Positions 43,736 to 52,245 of a stretch of DNA of 64,000 nt are shown here, piece by piece. Position 1 is the first letter of the stretch, and each line of letters begins with the position of its first letter. The notes beneath the pieces were generated by a model that saw only the letters and a list, made by a program, of their open reading frames with translations, had not been told where the DNA came from and ran no database searches. The stretch spans positions 9,647-73,646 of the forward strand of contig ONSR01000004.1 in NCBI GenBank assembly GCA_900320565.1, read 5' to 3'. The translations under genes were made by a program, and so were the position numbers. The stretch comes from an uncultured Prevotellaceae bacterium (GTDB taxonomy: Bacteria; Bacteroidota; Bacteroidia; Bacteroidales; Bacteroidaceae).

Positions 43736-46700
43736 ATGAAATCGAAATCACTCCTTTCCATGCTGCTTATGCTCTTCGCACTTGCAGCTAAGTCCGACGA
43801 GCTGCAGGTCGTGACCTCGCCCGTCGATGGTTGTTTCACCATAGCCGGTTCCGTATTTTCCGACAAATGCATCGTGCTCTATGACGCCAACGATGCAGAG
43901 GTGGTGACGACGGTAACCGATTGTCTCCTCTCGGACCTGAAGGCAGTCACGAAAAAGACGTTCCAAAAGTACAAGACCGAGCCCACGTCGCTCAAGAATC
44001 CCATCATCGTGGGCACCATCGGGCAGTCGAGCCACATCGACCAACTCATAGCCAATGGCAAACTGGACGTGAGCGGCGTCCGAGGCAAATGGGAAGTTTT
44101 TGGCATGCAGGTCATTGACAATCCCATGGAAGGCGTGGAGCGAGCACTCGTCATCTTTGGTTCTCAGCCAAGGAGCACAGCTTACGGCATGTTCCACCTC
44201 AGCCGCATGATGGGCGTTTCGCCTTGGATTTGGTGGGCCGACGTCACTCCAACCACCAAGACACAACTCTATGTGACGCCAGGCAGATATGTTTCCAGCA
44301 CACCTTCCGTCAAGTTCCGAGGCATCTTCCTCAACGACGAGGACTTCGGCTTGCAGCCTTGGGCAAAGAACAAGATGGAAGATGCTTCCGTGAAGAACAT
44401 CGGCCCAAAGACCTACGCCGCTATTATGGAACTGTTGTTGCGCCTTAGAGCCAACACGCTATGGCCCGCCATGCACGCTTGCAGCCGTGCTTTCTGGGAC
44501 TTGAAGACTAACATCCCGCTCATCATGAAGTACGACATCTACATGGGCTCCAGCCATTGCGAGCAGATGTTGCGCGATAACGAATGGGAATGGAACCGTT
44601 ACGGCGGCCACTACAACGACGACTGGAACTGGAAGACTAACAGGGAGATGGTCAAACGCTACTGGGCTGAGCGCGTGGGCGAAAGCCGTGGAAAGAACGC
44701 CATATACACCCTCGGCATGCGAGGCGTACACGATACAGGCATCAACGGCTACAGTTCAACGGCCGAAAGAGTAGCCGCCCTGACCGACATCATTGCCTAT
44801 CAGCGCCAACTCCTTGCCGATAGCATTGGCGACCCTACTACCATCCCGCAGATATTCATTCCCTACAAGGAGGTGCTCGACGCTTATAATGCAGGTCTGC
44901 AAGTGCCCGAGGACGTCACACTGATGTGGGTGGACGACAATCACGGCTACATTCGCCAGATGCCCAAACCTGCCGAGCAAGCCCGTTCTGGCGGCAATGC
45001 AGTCTATTATCATCTCTCTTATTGGGGAAGCCCAGCATCTTACCTTTGGCTCAGCACCATATCGCCCTCCTTATGCAGCTATGAACTCAGCAAAGCCTAT
45101 GACCAAGGCGTGCGCGACCAATGGATAATTAATGTGGGCGACATCAAGCCTGCTGAGGAAGAACTGGAGTTCTGCATGGACCTGGCCTGGGACATAAACA
45201 GCTGGACACCCCAGCGTGCCCACCTCTACACACACGACTGGGCGGCACGAACCTTTGGCGAGGAATATGCCGACGACATCAATGAGATAAAGATGGCATA
45301 CTATCGCCTCGGCATTGCAGCCAAGCCGGAGCATGTCCAGCTGTGTCACTTCGACCATTCCAACGAACAGGTCGATGCTCGAATCGCCGAGTATCAGGAT
45401 CTCTATCAGAAGGCTGTGGCACTTCGTTCACGCATCCCATCGGCACTTCGCAACGCGTATTATGAGCTCATCGAGTACCCCGTTTGTGCATGCGCAGACC
45501 AGAACATCAAGCTGCTTCGCGCTCGTCAGAGCTTCGTTTATGCTTGGGCTGGACAAGGCGAGAAAGCGCTCGACTATGCACAGAAAGCACAGAATGCCTT
45601 CGACGAAATCGTTACGCTCACCAATAAATACAACAACGGCATCGCCAGCGGCAAGTGGAGCGGCATGATGAGCTACAAGCCTAACAACTGGAGCCAACAC
45701 TTGATGCCGGCAGTTGCCACGTCGAGTGATGTGGCGGAACAGCAGAGCACGCTCTTGGAACCCAACATAACAATCGTGGCCGGAGGTAGTTATACGAGTG
45801 CCTCCGCTACTGTGACGACCCTTGAAGGCTTGGGCATTCGTGGCACGACAGCAACCGTCTGGCCCCTCGACATGCGGGCCTACACCACTGCTGGCAGCGC
45901 TCCTTACGCCGAATATACTGTGCCAGTGAGGAAAGGCCTCAACGTCATACAGGTTCGTTGCCTGCCGACCTTCCCCATCAACACAACCTACGACCTACGC
46001 GCAGGCATCTCCGTCGATGGACAAACGGCACAGGTCATCTCCATCAAGTGCTCGGCCATGACCGACACATGGGACGAAACCGTTGCCCTCGGCTATTTCC
46101 CCGCCTCCGTTCACTACACGAGCACGGAGGACAAGACGGTGAGCGTTCGAGTCAGCTTCATGGATCCCGGCCTCTGTATCAGTGCTGTGGCGAGCATTCC
46201 ATTCAGTGCCGGAGGCGAAGACCTTACGGACCTACTGACGAATCCCGACTTCGAGTATGGCAACAGCGGCAACCTCAACGCTCAAGGCAGCCTGACGCGT
46301 GGTGTACCCAAGGGTTGGACGGCGACCGGAACGATGAACGGAAATTCCTGGGGCATCAACCAGGATGCCAAGCACCTCTACGGCATAAATATTTATTGGG
46401 CAAGTGCAAAGCCCATGCCAAACGTGTATGAACTCTCGCAAACCATTCCTGCCAGCAAGCTTGGGGCAGGCACATACCTCGTCACATGCTTGCTCGGCAC
46501 TCAGAAAGACAAGCTGGCAAACTGCCGACTCTTCGCCAACAAGAACGTGCAATACTACGGCAAGGAGAGCGACTACACAGCCTCAATGCTCACGTCGGGC
46601 GAGACGAACACCTTCGCAGGCTACGGGCCTTCCGGCTCTGGCAAGATGACCTTGCATCCGATGGCTGTCATGGTGACCCTCAAGGCTGGCGAGAGCTTGA

Positions 46701-46975
46701 AAATCGGCATCCGCTCAAGCAACTTCAAGGCCGACGGAACACGCTCCACAAACGACAGTCACGGTTGGTTCAAGGTGGACCATTTCCGCCTGCAACGCAT
46801 CGATGCGAAAGACGAAGCGACCTCGATGAGGGAAGATGTAAGAAGTAAGAGGGAAGAGGGGACTGTCACCCTCTACGACTTGCAAGGACGCATGCTCCCT
46901 TTTGGTTTATCCCGTCAGAACGGCCTGCTCATTATGCGTCGTCCTGACGGGAGCGTCATCAAGCTGGCCAAATAG
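43736..46975 (+). CDS. GH115 family glycoside hydrolase, tandem paralog, with T9SS C-terminal sorting domain
   Basis: Collinear with the upstream paralog along its full length (FRGIFLNDEDFGL, LRLRANTLWPAM). CTD-like tail LYDLQGRML... Confidence 0.8.
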   Translation: MKSKSLLSMLLMLFALAAKSDELQVVTSPVDGCFTIAGSVFSDKCIVLYDANDAEVVTTVTDCLLSDLKAVTKKTFQKYKTEPTSLKNPIIVGTIGQSSHIDQLIANGKLDVSGVRGKWEVFGMQVIDNPMEGVERALVIFGSQPRSTAYGMFHLSRMMGVSPWIWWADVTPTTKTQLYVTPGRYVSSTPSVKFRGIFLNDEDFGLQPWAKNKMEDASVKNIGPKTYAAIMELLLRLRANTLWPAMHACSRAFWDLKTNIPLIMKYDIYMGSSHCEQMLRDNEWEWNRYGGHYNDDWNWKTNREMVKRYWAERVGESRGKNAIYTLGMRGVHDTGINGYSSTAERVAALTDIIAYQRQLLADSIGDPTTIPQIFIPYKEVLDAYNAGLQVPEDVTLMWVDDNHGYIRQMPKPAEQARSGGNAVYYHLSYWGSPASYLWLSTISPSLCSYELSKAYDQGVRDQWIINVGDIKPAEEELEFCMDLAWDINSWTPQRAHLYTHDWAARTFGEEYADDINEIKMAYYRLGIAAKPEHVQLCHFDHSNEQVDARIAEYQDLYQKAVALRSRIPSALRNAYYELIEYPVCACADQNIKLLRARQSFVYAWAGQGEKALDYAQKAQNAFDEIVTLTNKYNNGIASGKWSGMMSYKPNNWSQHLMPAVATSSDVAEQQSTLLEPNITIVAGGSYTSASATVTTLEGLGIRGTTATVWPLDMRAYTTAGSAPYAEYTVPVRKGLNVIQVRCLPTFPINTTYDLRAGISVDGQTAQVISIKCSAMTDTWDETVALGYFPASVHYTSTEDKTVSVRVSFMDPGLCISAVASIPFSAGGEDLTDLLTNPDFEYGNSGNLNAQGSLTRGVPKGWTATGTMNGNSWGINQDAKHLYGINIYWASAKPMPNVYELSQTIPASKLGAGTYLVTCLLGTQKDKLANCRLFANKNVQYYGKESDYTASMLTSGETNTFAGYGPSGSGKMTLHPMAVMVTLKAGESLKIGIRSSNFKADGTRSTNDSHGWFKVDHFRLQRIDAKDEATSMREDVRSKREEGTVTLYDLQGRMLPFGLSRQNGLLIMRRPDGSVIKLAK

Positions 46976-47098
46976 CTAAGTTCGTAAACACGGCACGTCG
47001 AATTGCTCAACAAGGTACGTCGATTTGCTCAACAAGGTACGTCGATTTGCCCAACAAGGTACGTCGATTTGCCCAAAGCGGCACGTCGATTTGTTCCA
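46971..47098. repeat. 22-bp phased array, GCACG family (about 5 units)
   Basis: gcacgtcgaattgctcaacaag / gtacgtcgatttgctcaacaag / gtacgtcgatttgcccaacaag / gtacgtcgatttgcccaaagcg / gcacgtcgatttgttcca. Confidence 0.9.
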
Positions 47099-48013
47099 CT
47101 ACTCGAAGGTGATGTAGTGACGAAGCCTGTCGAGGTCGGTGCTTCGGAAGCCTTCGAGGCGCGAGAGCTCGTCGAGCGAGTGCAAATCACCCTTGTTACG
47201 ACGGTGCTCGAAGATGGCTTTGGCTTGATAGAAATTGAGGTACGGATGCTTCATCAACTGCTGAACTGAGAGTTTGTTGACGTTTATCTTTCTGATTTCG
47301 ACTGGCGAAACGCTCATGTACTTCAGCACGGAATCGGGCAACTCGATGGCTTCCATGGCCTGCTCGACGTTGACAAATCCGCCAAGCTGCCTTCTGTAAG
47401 CCACGATTCGGGCGGCTCGTTTGGATGCGATGCCTGGAATCATCTTCAGCTGCGAAGTGTCGGCCGTGTTGATGTCGATGGTCTGGCCGAACGCTATCTT
47501 CTCTTGTCTGGGTAGAGAATCCCTTCTGATTTCCCTGATTTCTGCAGTCAATTGCTCTGGAGAGGCATCTTCTTGGTAAGACTTTCGCGGTTCAGGCTGC
47601 ACATATTGGAACTCTTTCGCAATTCTTATACAAGGCTTCAGGCGCTCCCATTGCTCGTTGGTCATATTGGGAACCCGCATGAAATCTTCCGGCGTATGGT
47701 ATCGCCCAAGCTTGGCTCGGTAGCGATAAATGCTGCGGACCTGCCAAGGAGAGAGTCCCAAGCGCAATAAAGTAGTAGAGTCTGCCGTGTTGGGGTCGAA
47801 GGGGAAGGACTCTACCTGACGCTCTTTTTCTGCGTATGTGATTGATTTTACTGGCTTTCCATACCACTCTCTATTCGTTTCGACCTGCTTTGTGGGCTCT
47901 GAAGGCTTCTTCCATTGCATGACGGAATAGACGATTATCCCTATCAGCAGTACCCATTCGATGACGAGCAGGGCCCGACGCTGTGCGTTGGTGAGTGTGG
48001 GCAAGCGTTTCAT
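47099..48013 (-). CDS. ComEA-like helix-hairpin-helix DNA-binding protein
   Basis: TM anchor followed by repeated HhH units (INTADTSQLKMIPGIASKRAARIVAYR...). Start is in an ATGA overlap with the upstream transporter stop. Confidence 0.7.
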   Translation of the reverse strand: MKRLPTLTNAQRRALLVIEWVLLIGIIVYSVMQWKKPSEPTKQVETNREWYGKPVKSITYAEKERQVESFPFDPNTADSTTLLRLGLSPWQVRSIYRYRAKLGRYHTPEDFMRVPNMTNEQWERLKPCIRIAKEFQYVQPEPRKSYQEDASPEQLTAEIREIRRDSLPRQEKIAFGQTIDINTADTSQLKMIPGIASKRAARIVAYRRQLGGFVNVEQAMEAIELPDSVLKYMSVSPVEIRKINVNKLSVQQLMKHPYLNFYQAKAIFEHRRNKGDLHSLDELSRLEGFRSTDLDRLRHYITFE

Positions 48014-49362
48014 GAGAGGATTTCCTGCAGGAAGACTGCTGCGATGGCGAGCGGTGCGACGTATCGGATGATGAAGTAATAGAGTCGGAACAGGCGGAAG
48101 CGAATGGTGCCGCCGTTCGTCAACTCGTTCTCCACAAGCTTCCTGTCCAGATACCAACCCGTGAAGAGGCAGATGATGATGCCGCCTATGGGAAGGATGA
48201 TCTTAGAGGCTGTGAAGTCGAACAGCTCGAAGATGTTCAAGCCGAAGAGCGTCACGTCGCTCCAGATGCCGAAGGAGAGCGAGCAGGCAACGCCAAGTGT
48301 CATGCAAGCGACGGACACCGCGATGGCTGCTTTCTTGCGCGAGATGTGGAAAGCCTCCAAGACGTAAGCCGTCACACTCTCGTGCAAAGACATTGCACTG
48401 GTGAGTGCCGCCAGCAAGAGCAACAGGTAGAAGAAGCTCGAGAAGATGTATCCGAGCCAAGGCAAATGACTGAATGCGATGTTGAACACGCTGGGAAGTG
48501 TGATGAAGACCAAGCCCGGACCGGCATCCACGCTGACCTCCTCGACGCTGAACACTGCGGGGAAGATGATGAAGCCGGCAAGGATGGCGACTATCGTATC
48601 GATGACGCTGACGCCAACAGCCGTCTTGGGCAACCTGGTGTCGGCTCGGAAATAAGATGCATAGGTACAGAGGCAGCCCATCGCAAGGCTGAGGGAGAAG
48701 AAGGCTTGACCAACCGCGCTGAGTATCACACTAGCCGTCAGCTTCGAGAAGTCTGGCTTAAGCAGGAACTTCAAGCCTTGCGAAGAGCCCGGCATACTGA
48801 AGGAACAGACCACGAGAATACCGATGATGAGGAGCAGCAAGGGCATCATAATCTTCGAGAAACGCTCGATGCCGGACTGAACTCCCCTGGCTATGATGAA
48901 ATGCGTCAACGCCATGAAAGCCACTCCTGCCAGTATCGGCATCCAAGGGTCGCTGACGAAACCATTGAAGACATCGCTGTAATCGCGGTCCGCCTGCAGC
49001 CTGCCGGCCACACTCTCAATGAGGTAGAAGAGCGTCCAACCGCTGATGACGATGTAATAGCTCAGTATCATGAACGCGACAAACACGCCGGCAATGCCCT
49101 CGATGCGCCACCACTTGCCCGGCGCGAGCTTGGCAAAGGCCGAGATCGTGTTGGCATGTGTGTGCCGGCCAATGAGGAACTCGCTCATCATGACAGGGAT
49201 GCCAATCACGGCAATGCAGATGAGATAGATGAAGATGAACGCCGCGCCGCCATTGTTGCCGACCTCCGTCGGGAAACGCCACACGTTGCCCAAACCGACG
49301 GCCGAGCCTGCGGATGCCAACACGGCTCCCAACTTGCTGCCAAAATTATGCCTTGTTTCCAC
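48010..49362 (-). CDS. sodium-dependent transporter, SNF/NSS family
   Basis: GSAVGLGNVWRFP signature. Multi-TM. Confidence 0.85.
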   Translation of the reverse strand: METRHNFGSKLGAVLASAGSAVGLGNVWRFPTEVGNNGGAAFIFIYLICIAVIGIPVMMSEFLIGRHTHANTISAFAKLAPGKWWRIEGIAGVFVAFMILSYYIVISGWTLFYLIESVAGRLQADRDYSDVFNGFVSDPWMPILAGVAFMALTHFIIARGVQSGIERFSKIMMPLLLLIIGILVVCSFSMPGSSQGLKFLLKPDFSKLTASVILSAVGQAFFSLSLAMGCLCTYASYFRADTRLPKTAVGVSVIDTIVAILAGFIIFPAVFSVEEVSVDAGPGLVFITLPSVFNIAFSHLPWLGYIFSSFFYLLLLLAALTSAMSLHESVTAYVLEAFHISRKKAAIAVSVACMTLGVACSLSFGIWSDVTLFGLNIFELFDFTASKIILPIGGIIICLFTGWYLDRKLVENELTNGGTIRFRLFRLYYFIIRYVAPLAIAAVFLQEILS

Positions 49363-49370
49363 GTCGTTTC

Positions 49371-49403
49371 AATTCATAATTCTTAATTCATAATTCATAA
49401 TTA
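49371..49403. repeat. single heptamer arm (aattcat)x5 between the two SNF genes
   Basis: aattcat aattctt aattcat aattcat aattatc. Confidence 0.85.
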
Positions 49404-49421
49404 TCTCGTTTCGTCTGCTGC

Positions 49422-50822
49422 TCACTTCATGAAGAGCGGGAAAAGTTCGTTCACGAATATGACGAGTATGCCGATGGGGGCAACCCAACGGATGAGGAAA
49501 AGCAGCGGTTTCATCGCACGAATCGAGATGCTGCCGTCGTTGGTCAACTGCGCATCGACGAGTTTCCTGTCGAGCCACCAGCCGACAAACATAGTTATCA
49601 GCAGTCCGCCCAAAGGCATCAGGAACTTCGTGACTGTATAGTCGAACAAATCAAAGAAGCCGCGACCGAAGATGGTCACTTCCTGCCAAGGTCCGAAGGA
49701 CAGCGAACAGAAGCTGCCCAGCACGAGGCAGACGATGGTGACGATGGCTGCAGCGCGCTTCCTGCTGTGGCTGAAGTGCTCGGAAATGAAGGCGGTGCAG
49801 ATCTCGTGCATGCTTATGCTGCTCGTCAAAGCTGCCAGCAGGAGCAAGACATAAAAGAGGAGCGAGAAGATGTAACCCGCGACGGGCATATCTCCGAAAG
49901 TGAGCAGGAAGACGTTCGGCAGGGTGATGAAGACGAGGCCGGGGCCTGCGTCGGGCGCTATGCCTACGCTAAACACCGTGGGGAATATGATGAATCCGCT
50001 CAGCACGGCAACCATCGTATCGATGATGCAGACGTTCATGGCCGAACTCACCAGTCTTGTTTCGTTGTTGAAATAGGATGCGTAGGTCACCAGGCAACCC
50101 AAGCCGACGCTCAGCGAAAAGAAGGCTTGGCCCATGGCCCCAAGTATGACTTCGGGCGTAACCTTGCTCAGGTCGGGTTTCAGCAGGAAGCGGATGCCTT
50201 CGCTTGCGCCTGGCATCATCAACGAGAAGCAGACCAGGAGCACGATTATCGCGAGAAGCATGGGCATCATGAGTTTCGAGTATCGCTCGATGCCGTGCCG
50301 AATGCCTCGGGCCACGACGAGGTGCGTCAAGAGGAGGAACACTGCAACGTATAGGATGGGCTGCAACGGGTCGGAAACAAACGCGTTGAAAGCGGCCGCA
50401 AAGTCAGCAGGCTGTTGTCCGTTGTCTGCAGTCTGTAGTCCCTGCAACTGACCGAGAGCCGATTGTATGGTGTAGTGAAGGGTCCATCCGGCTACCACAG
50501 AATAGAAAGACAGCACAAGGAATCCGCCCAGCACACCCATGATGCCGGCTGCCACCCATAGCTTGCCGGGCGCAAGCTTCTGGAAGGCTCCGATGGCGTT
50601 GCTGCGTGCGGAGCGTCCGATAACGAACTCGCTTATCATGACCGGCATGGCAATCAGGAAGATGAATCCCAGATAGATGAGGATGAAAGCAGCCCCGCCG
50701 CCCTTTCCCACCTCGGTGGGGAAGCGCCAGATGTTGCCCAAACCGACAGCTGAACCTGCCGCCGCCAATATGACTCCCAGCTGGCTTCCGAAACTTCCTC
50801 TTGATGCGTTACCTGATTGCAT
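49422..50822 (-). CDS. sodium-dependent transporter, SNF/NSS family (paralog)
   Basis: GSAVGLGNIWRFP. Start trimmed to MQSGN, downstream of a TAtaTTTG box. Confidence 0.85.
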   Translation of the reverse strand: MQSGNASRGSFGSQLGVILAAAGSAVGLGNIWRFPTEVGKGGGAAFILIYLGFIFLIAMPVMISEFVIGRSARSNAIGAFQKLAPGKLWVAAGIMGVLGGFLVLSFYSVVAGWTLHYTIQSALGQLQGLQTADNGQQPADFAAAFNAFVSDPLQPILYVAVFLLLTHLVVARGIRHGIERYSKLMMPMLLAIIVLLVCFSLMMPGASEGIRFLLKPDLSKVTPEVILGAMGQAFFSLSVGLGCLVTYASYFNNETRLVSSAMNVCIIDTMVAVLSGFIIFPTVFSVGIAPDAGPGLVFITLPNVFLLTFGDMPVAGYIFSLLFYVLLLLAALTSSISMHEICTAFISEHFSHSRKRAAAIVTIVCLVLGSFCSLSFGPWQEVTIFGRGFFDLFDYTVTKFLMPLGGLLITMFVGWWLDRKLVDAQLTNDGSISIRAMKPLLFLIRWVAPIGILVIFVNELFPLFMK

Positions 50823-50850
50823 ATGGCTGTATTTTTCTCTAAATTCGTTG

Positions 50851-50858
50851 CAAATATA
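50851..50858 (-). promoter_or_regulatory. -7 box TAtaTTTG (SNF transporter operon)
   Basis: The reverse complement of caaatata lies 28 nt upstream of the start at 50822. Confidence 0.55.
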
Positions 50859-50871
50859 CATAAAAAAGCCG

Positions 50872-50879
50872 TACATTTG
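50872..50879 (+). promoter_or_regulatory. -7 box TAcaTTTG (vanZ-like gene)
   Basis: 28 nt before the ATG at 50908. Divergent from the SNF promoter. Confidence 0.55.
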
Positions 50880-50907
50880 CAGCAAAATACGGAAAAAGAG
50901 TCGTTAT

Positions 50908-51279
50908 ATGCTACACAAATACCTACGCCGCTACCCTATCGCACTTCTCGTGGCAGCCTGCATCGTGTTGCTCTCGCTGTTGCCCATACCGGATATGAAG
51001 GTCGATGTGAATGTTCCGCTTGCCGACAAATGGACACACATGGTGATGTACGGCGTGCTGACGCTCATCATCTGGTTCGAATACCGACGCTCGCACAGCC
51101 AATGGAACGCGCAGAAGTTGGTGCTTTATGCTTTCCTGGCACCCATCGCATTTGGCGGGCTGATGGAATTGGCACAGCTGTATCTGACCACTTGCCGCAG
51201 CGGCGAATGGCTCGACTTTGCCGCCAACACCATCGGCGTCTGCATCGGTACCGTCGGCGGGCTGCTTATGAAAAGGTGA
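50908..51279 (+). CDS. VanZ family protein
   Basis: 123 aa, four hydrophobic segments, DKWTHMVMYGVL pattern. Trimmed from the track ORF to the ATG after the promoter box. Confidence 0.65.
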   Translation: MLHKYLRRYPIALLVAACIVLLSLLPIPDMKVDVNVPLADKWTHMVMYGVLTLIIWFEYRRSHSQWNAQKLVLYAFLAPIAFGGLMELAQLYLTTCRSGEWLDFAANTIGVCIGTVGGLLMKR

Positions 51280-51353
51280 ATAGGTAAAAAAGTAAAAAGG
51301 TGAAAAACTGTTGATTCAGTCTTTCACCTTTTCAATTTTATATCTTTTCAATT
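51269..51353. repeat. hairpin-type A-rich heptamer element between convergent vanZ-like and vanX-like genes
   Basis: Core stem aaaggtgaaa / tttcaccttt. The arms contain the stop codons of both genes. Confidence 0.8.
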
Positions 51354-52139
51354 CTCCAACTGCCGTACCGGGAAGTTGAAGTAGGTATCGGGGAAGGGTT
51401 CGTCGGCTAGCGTGAAGTGCCACCATTCCGTGGGGAACGGCTTGAAGCCGTGACGCATCATGGCCTCGCGAAGAATCATACGGTTGCAGAACTGCTCGGG
51501 CGTAATGCTGCGACCGACGGGGCTCTCGCTGTTGTCGCCCGTGAATTCCTGAGTCTCGGGGTTGCCACAGAAGTCGGGATGGCTCTCGGGACCGAACCAA
51601 TCGAACGTTCCGCCCATATCCACCTCCTTTTCCGTCCGCATGTCGAAGAGCGTGAGGTCAACTGTAGAACCTCGCGTATGCCCACTCTTGGCACAAATAT
51701 ACTCCCTCTCGAAGAGCACGCTCTTGTCCAGGTCGGGATAGAAGAACTGCCGCATCAGGGTGTCCGGAATGTTTTCTGCCCAGCGCCAGAAGTGGTCGAC
51801 GGCCTGCTGAGGACGATAAGCGTCGTAAATCTTCAAGCGATAGCCTAAGGCCTTTAACTCTTCGCTGACTGCCCTGAGACTGTCTGCAGCCTTGCGCGTC
51901 AGCAGAGCCGTGGGCTCGAGGTAGCCGTCGATGCGTGCTCCGACGAAGTTGTATGTGCTGAAGTACCTGATTTCCAGGATGGCGTCGGGCACAGCGTCGG
52001 TCAGCGTAACGAACTGGCTGGAGTCTTCCTCTGGACAGGAAGGACGGTTCTGGAAGTAATTAACGACACGCATACCGATATATGCGAGTACGATTGGCAG
52101 GGCGATGGCCGCCAGCAAATACAATAAGGTTTTCTTCAT
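51348..52139 (-). CDS. D-alanyl-D-alanine dipeptidase (VanX/M15D-like)
   Basis: YDAYRPQQAV, SGHTRGSTVDLTL and EWWHFTL motifs. Confidence 0.8.
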   Translation of the reverse strand: MKKTLLYLLAAIALPIVLAYIGMRVVNYFQNRPSCPEEDSSQFVTLTDAVPDAILEIRYFSTYNFVGARIDGYLEPTALLTRKAADSLRAVSEELKALGYRLKIYDAYRPQQAVDHFWRWAENIPDTLMRQFFYPDLDKSVLFEREYICAKSGHTRGSTVDLTLFDMRTEKEVDMGGTFDWFGPESHPDFCGNPETQEFTGDNSESPVGRSITPEQFCNRMILREAMMRHGFKPFPTEWWHFTLADEPFPDTYFNFPVRQLEN

Positions 52140-52154
52140 AACATAATGTGTCTT

Positions 52155-52245
52155 TCATCCCCCTATAGGGGAAGAGCCAACGCCCTATAGGGGAATGCTC
52201 ACTCCCCTATAGGGGATTTAGCACTCCTCCCTAAGGGGATTTTTA
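52155..52245. repeat. 22-bp phased array of CCCCTATAGGGG palindromes (4 units)
   Basis: Palindrome centres at 52165/66, 52187/88 and 52209/10, plus a degenerate fourth near 52232. Confidence 0.9.
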
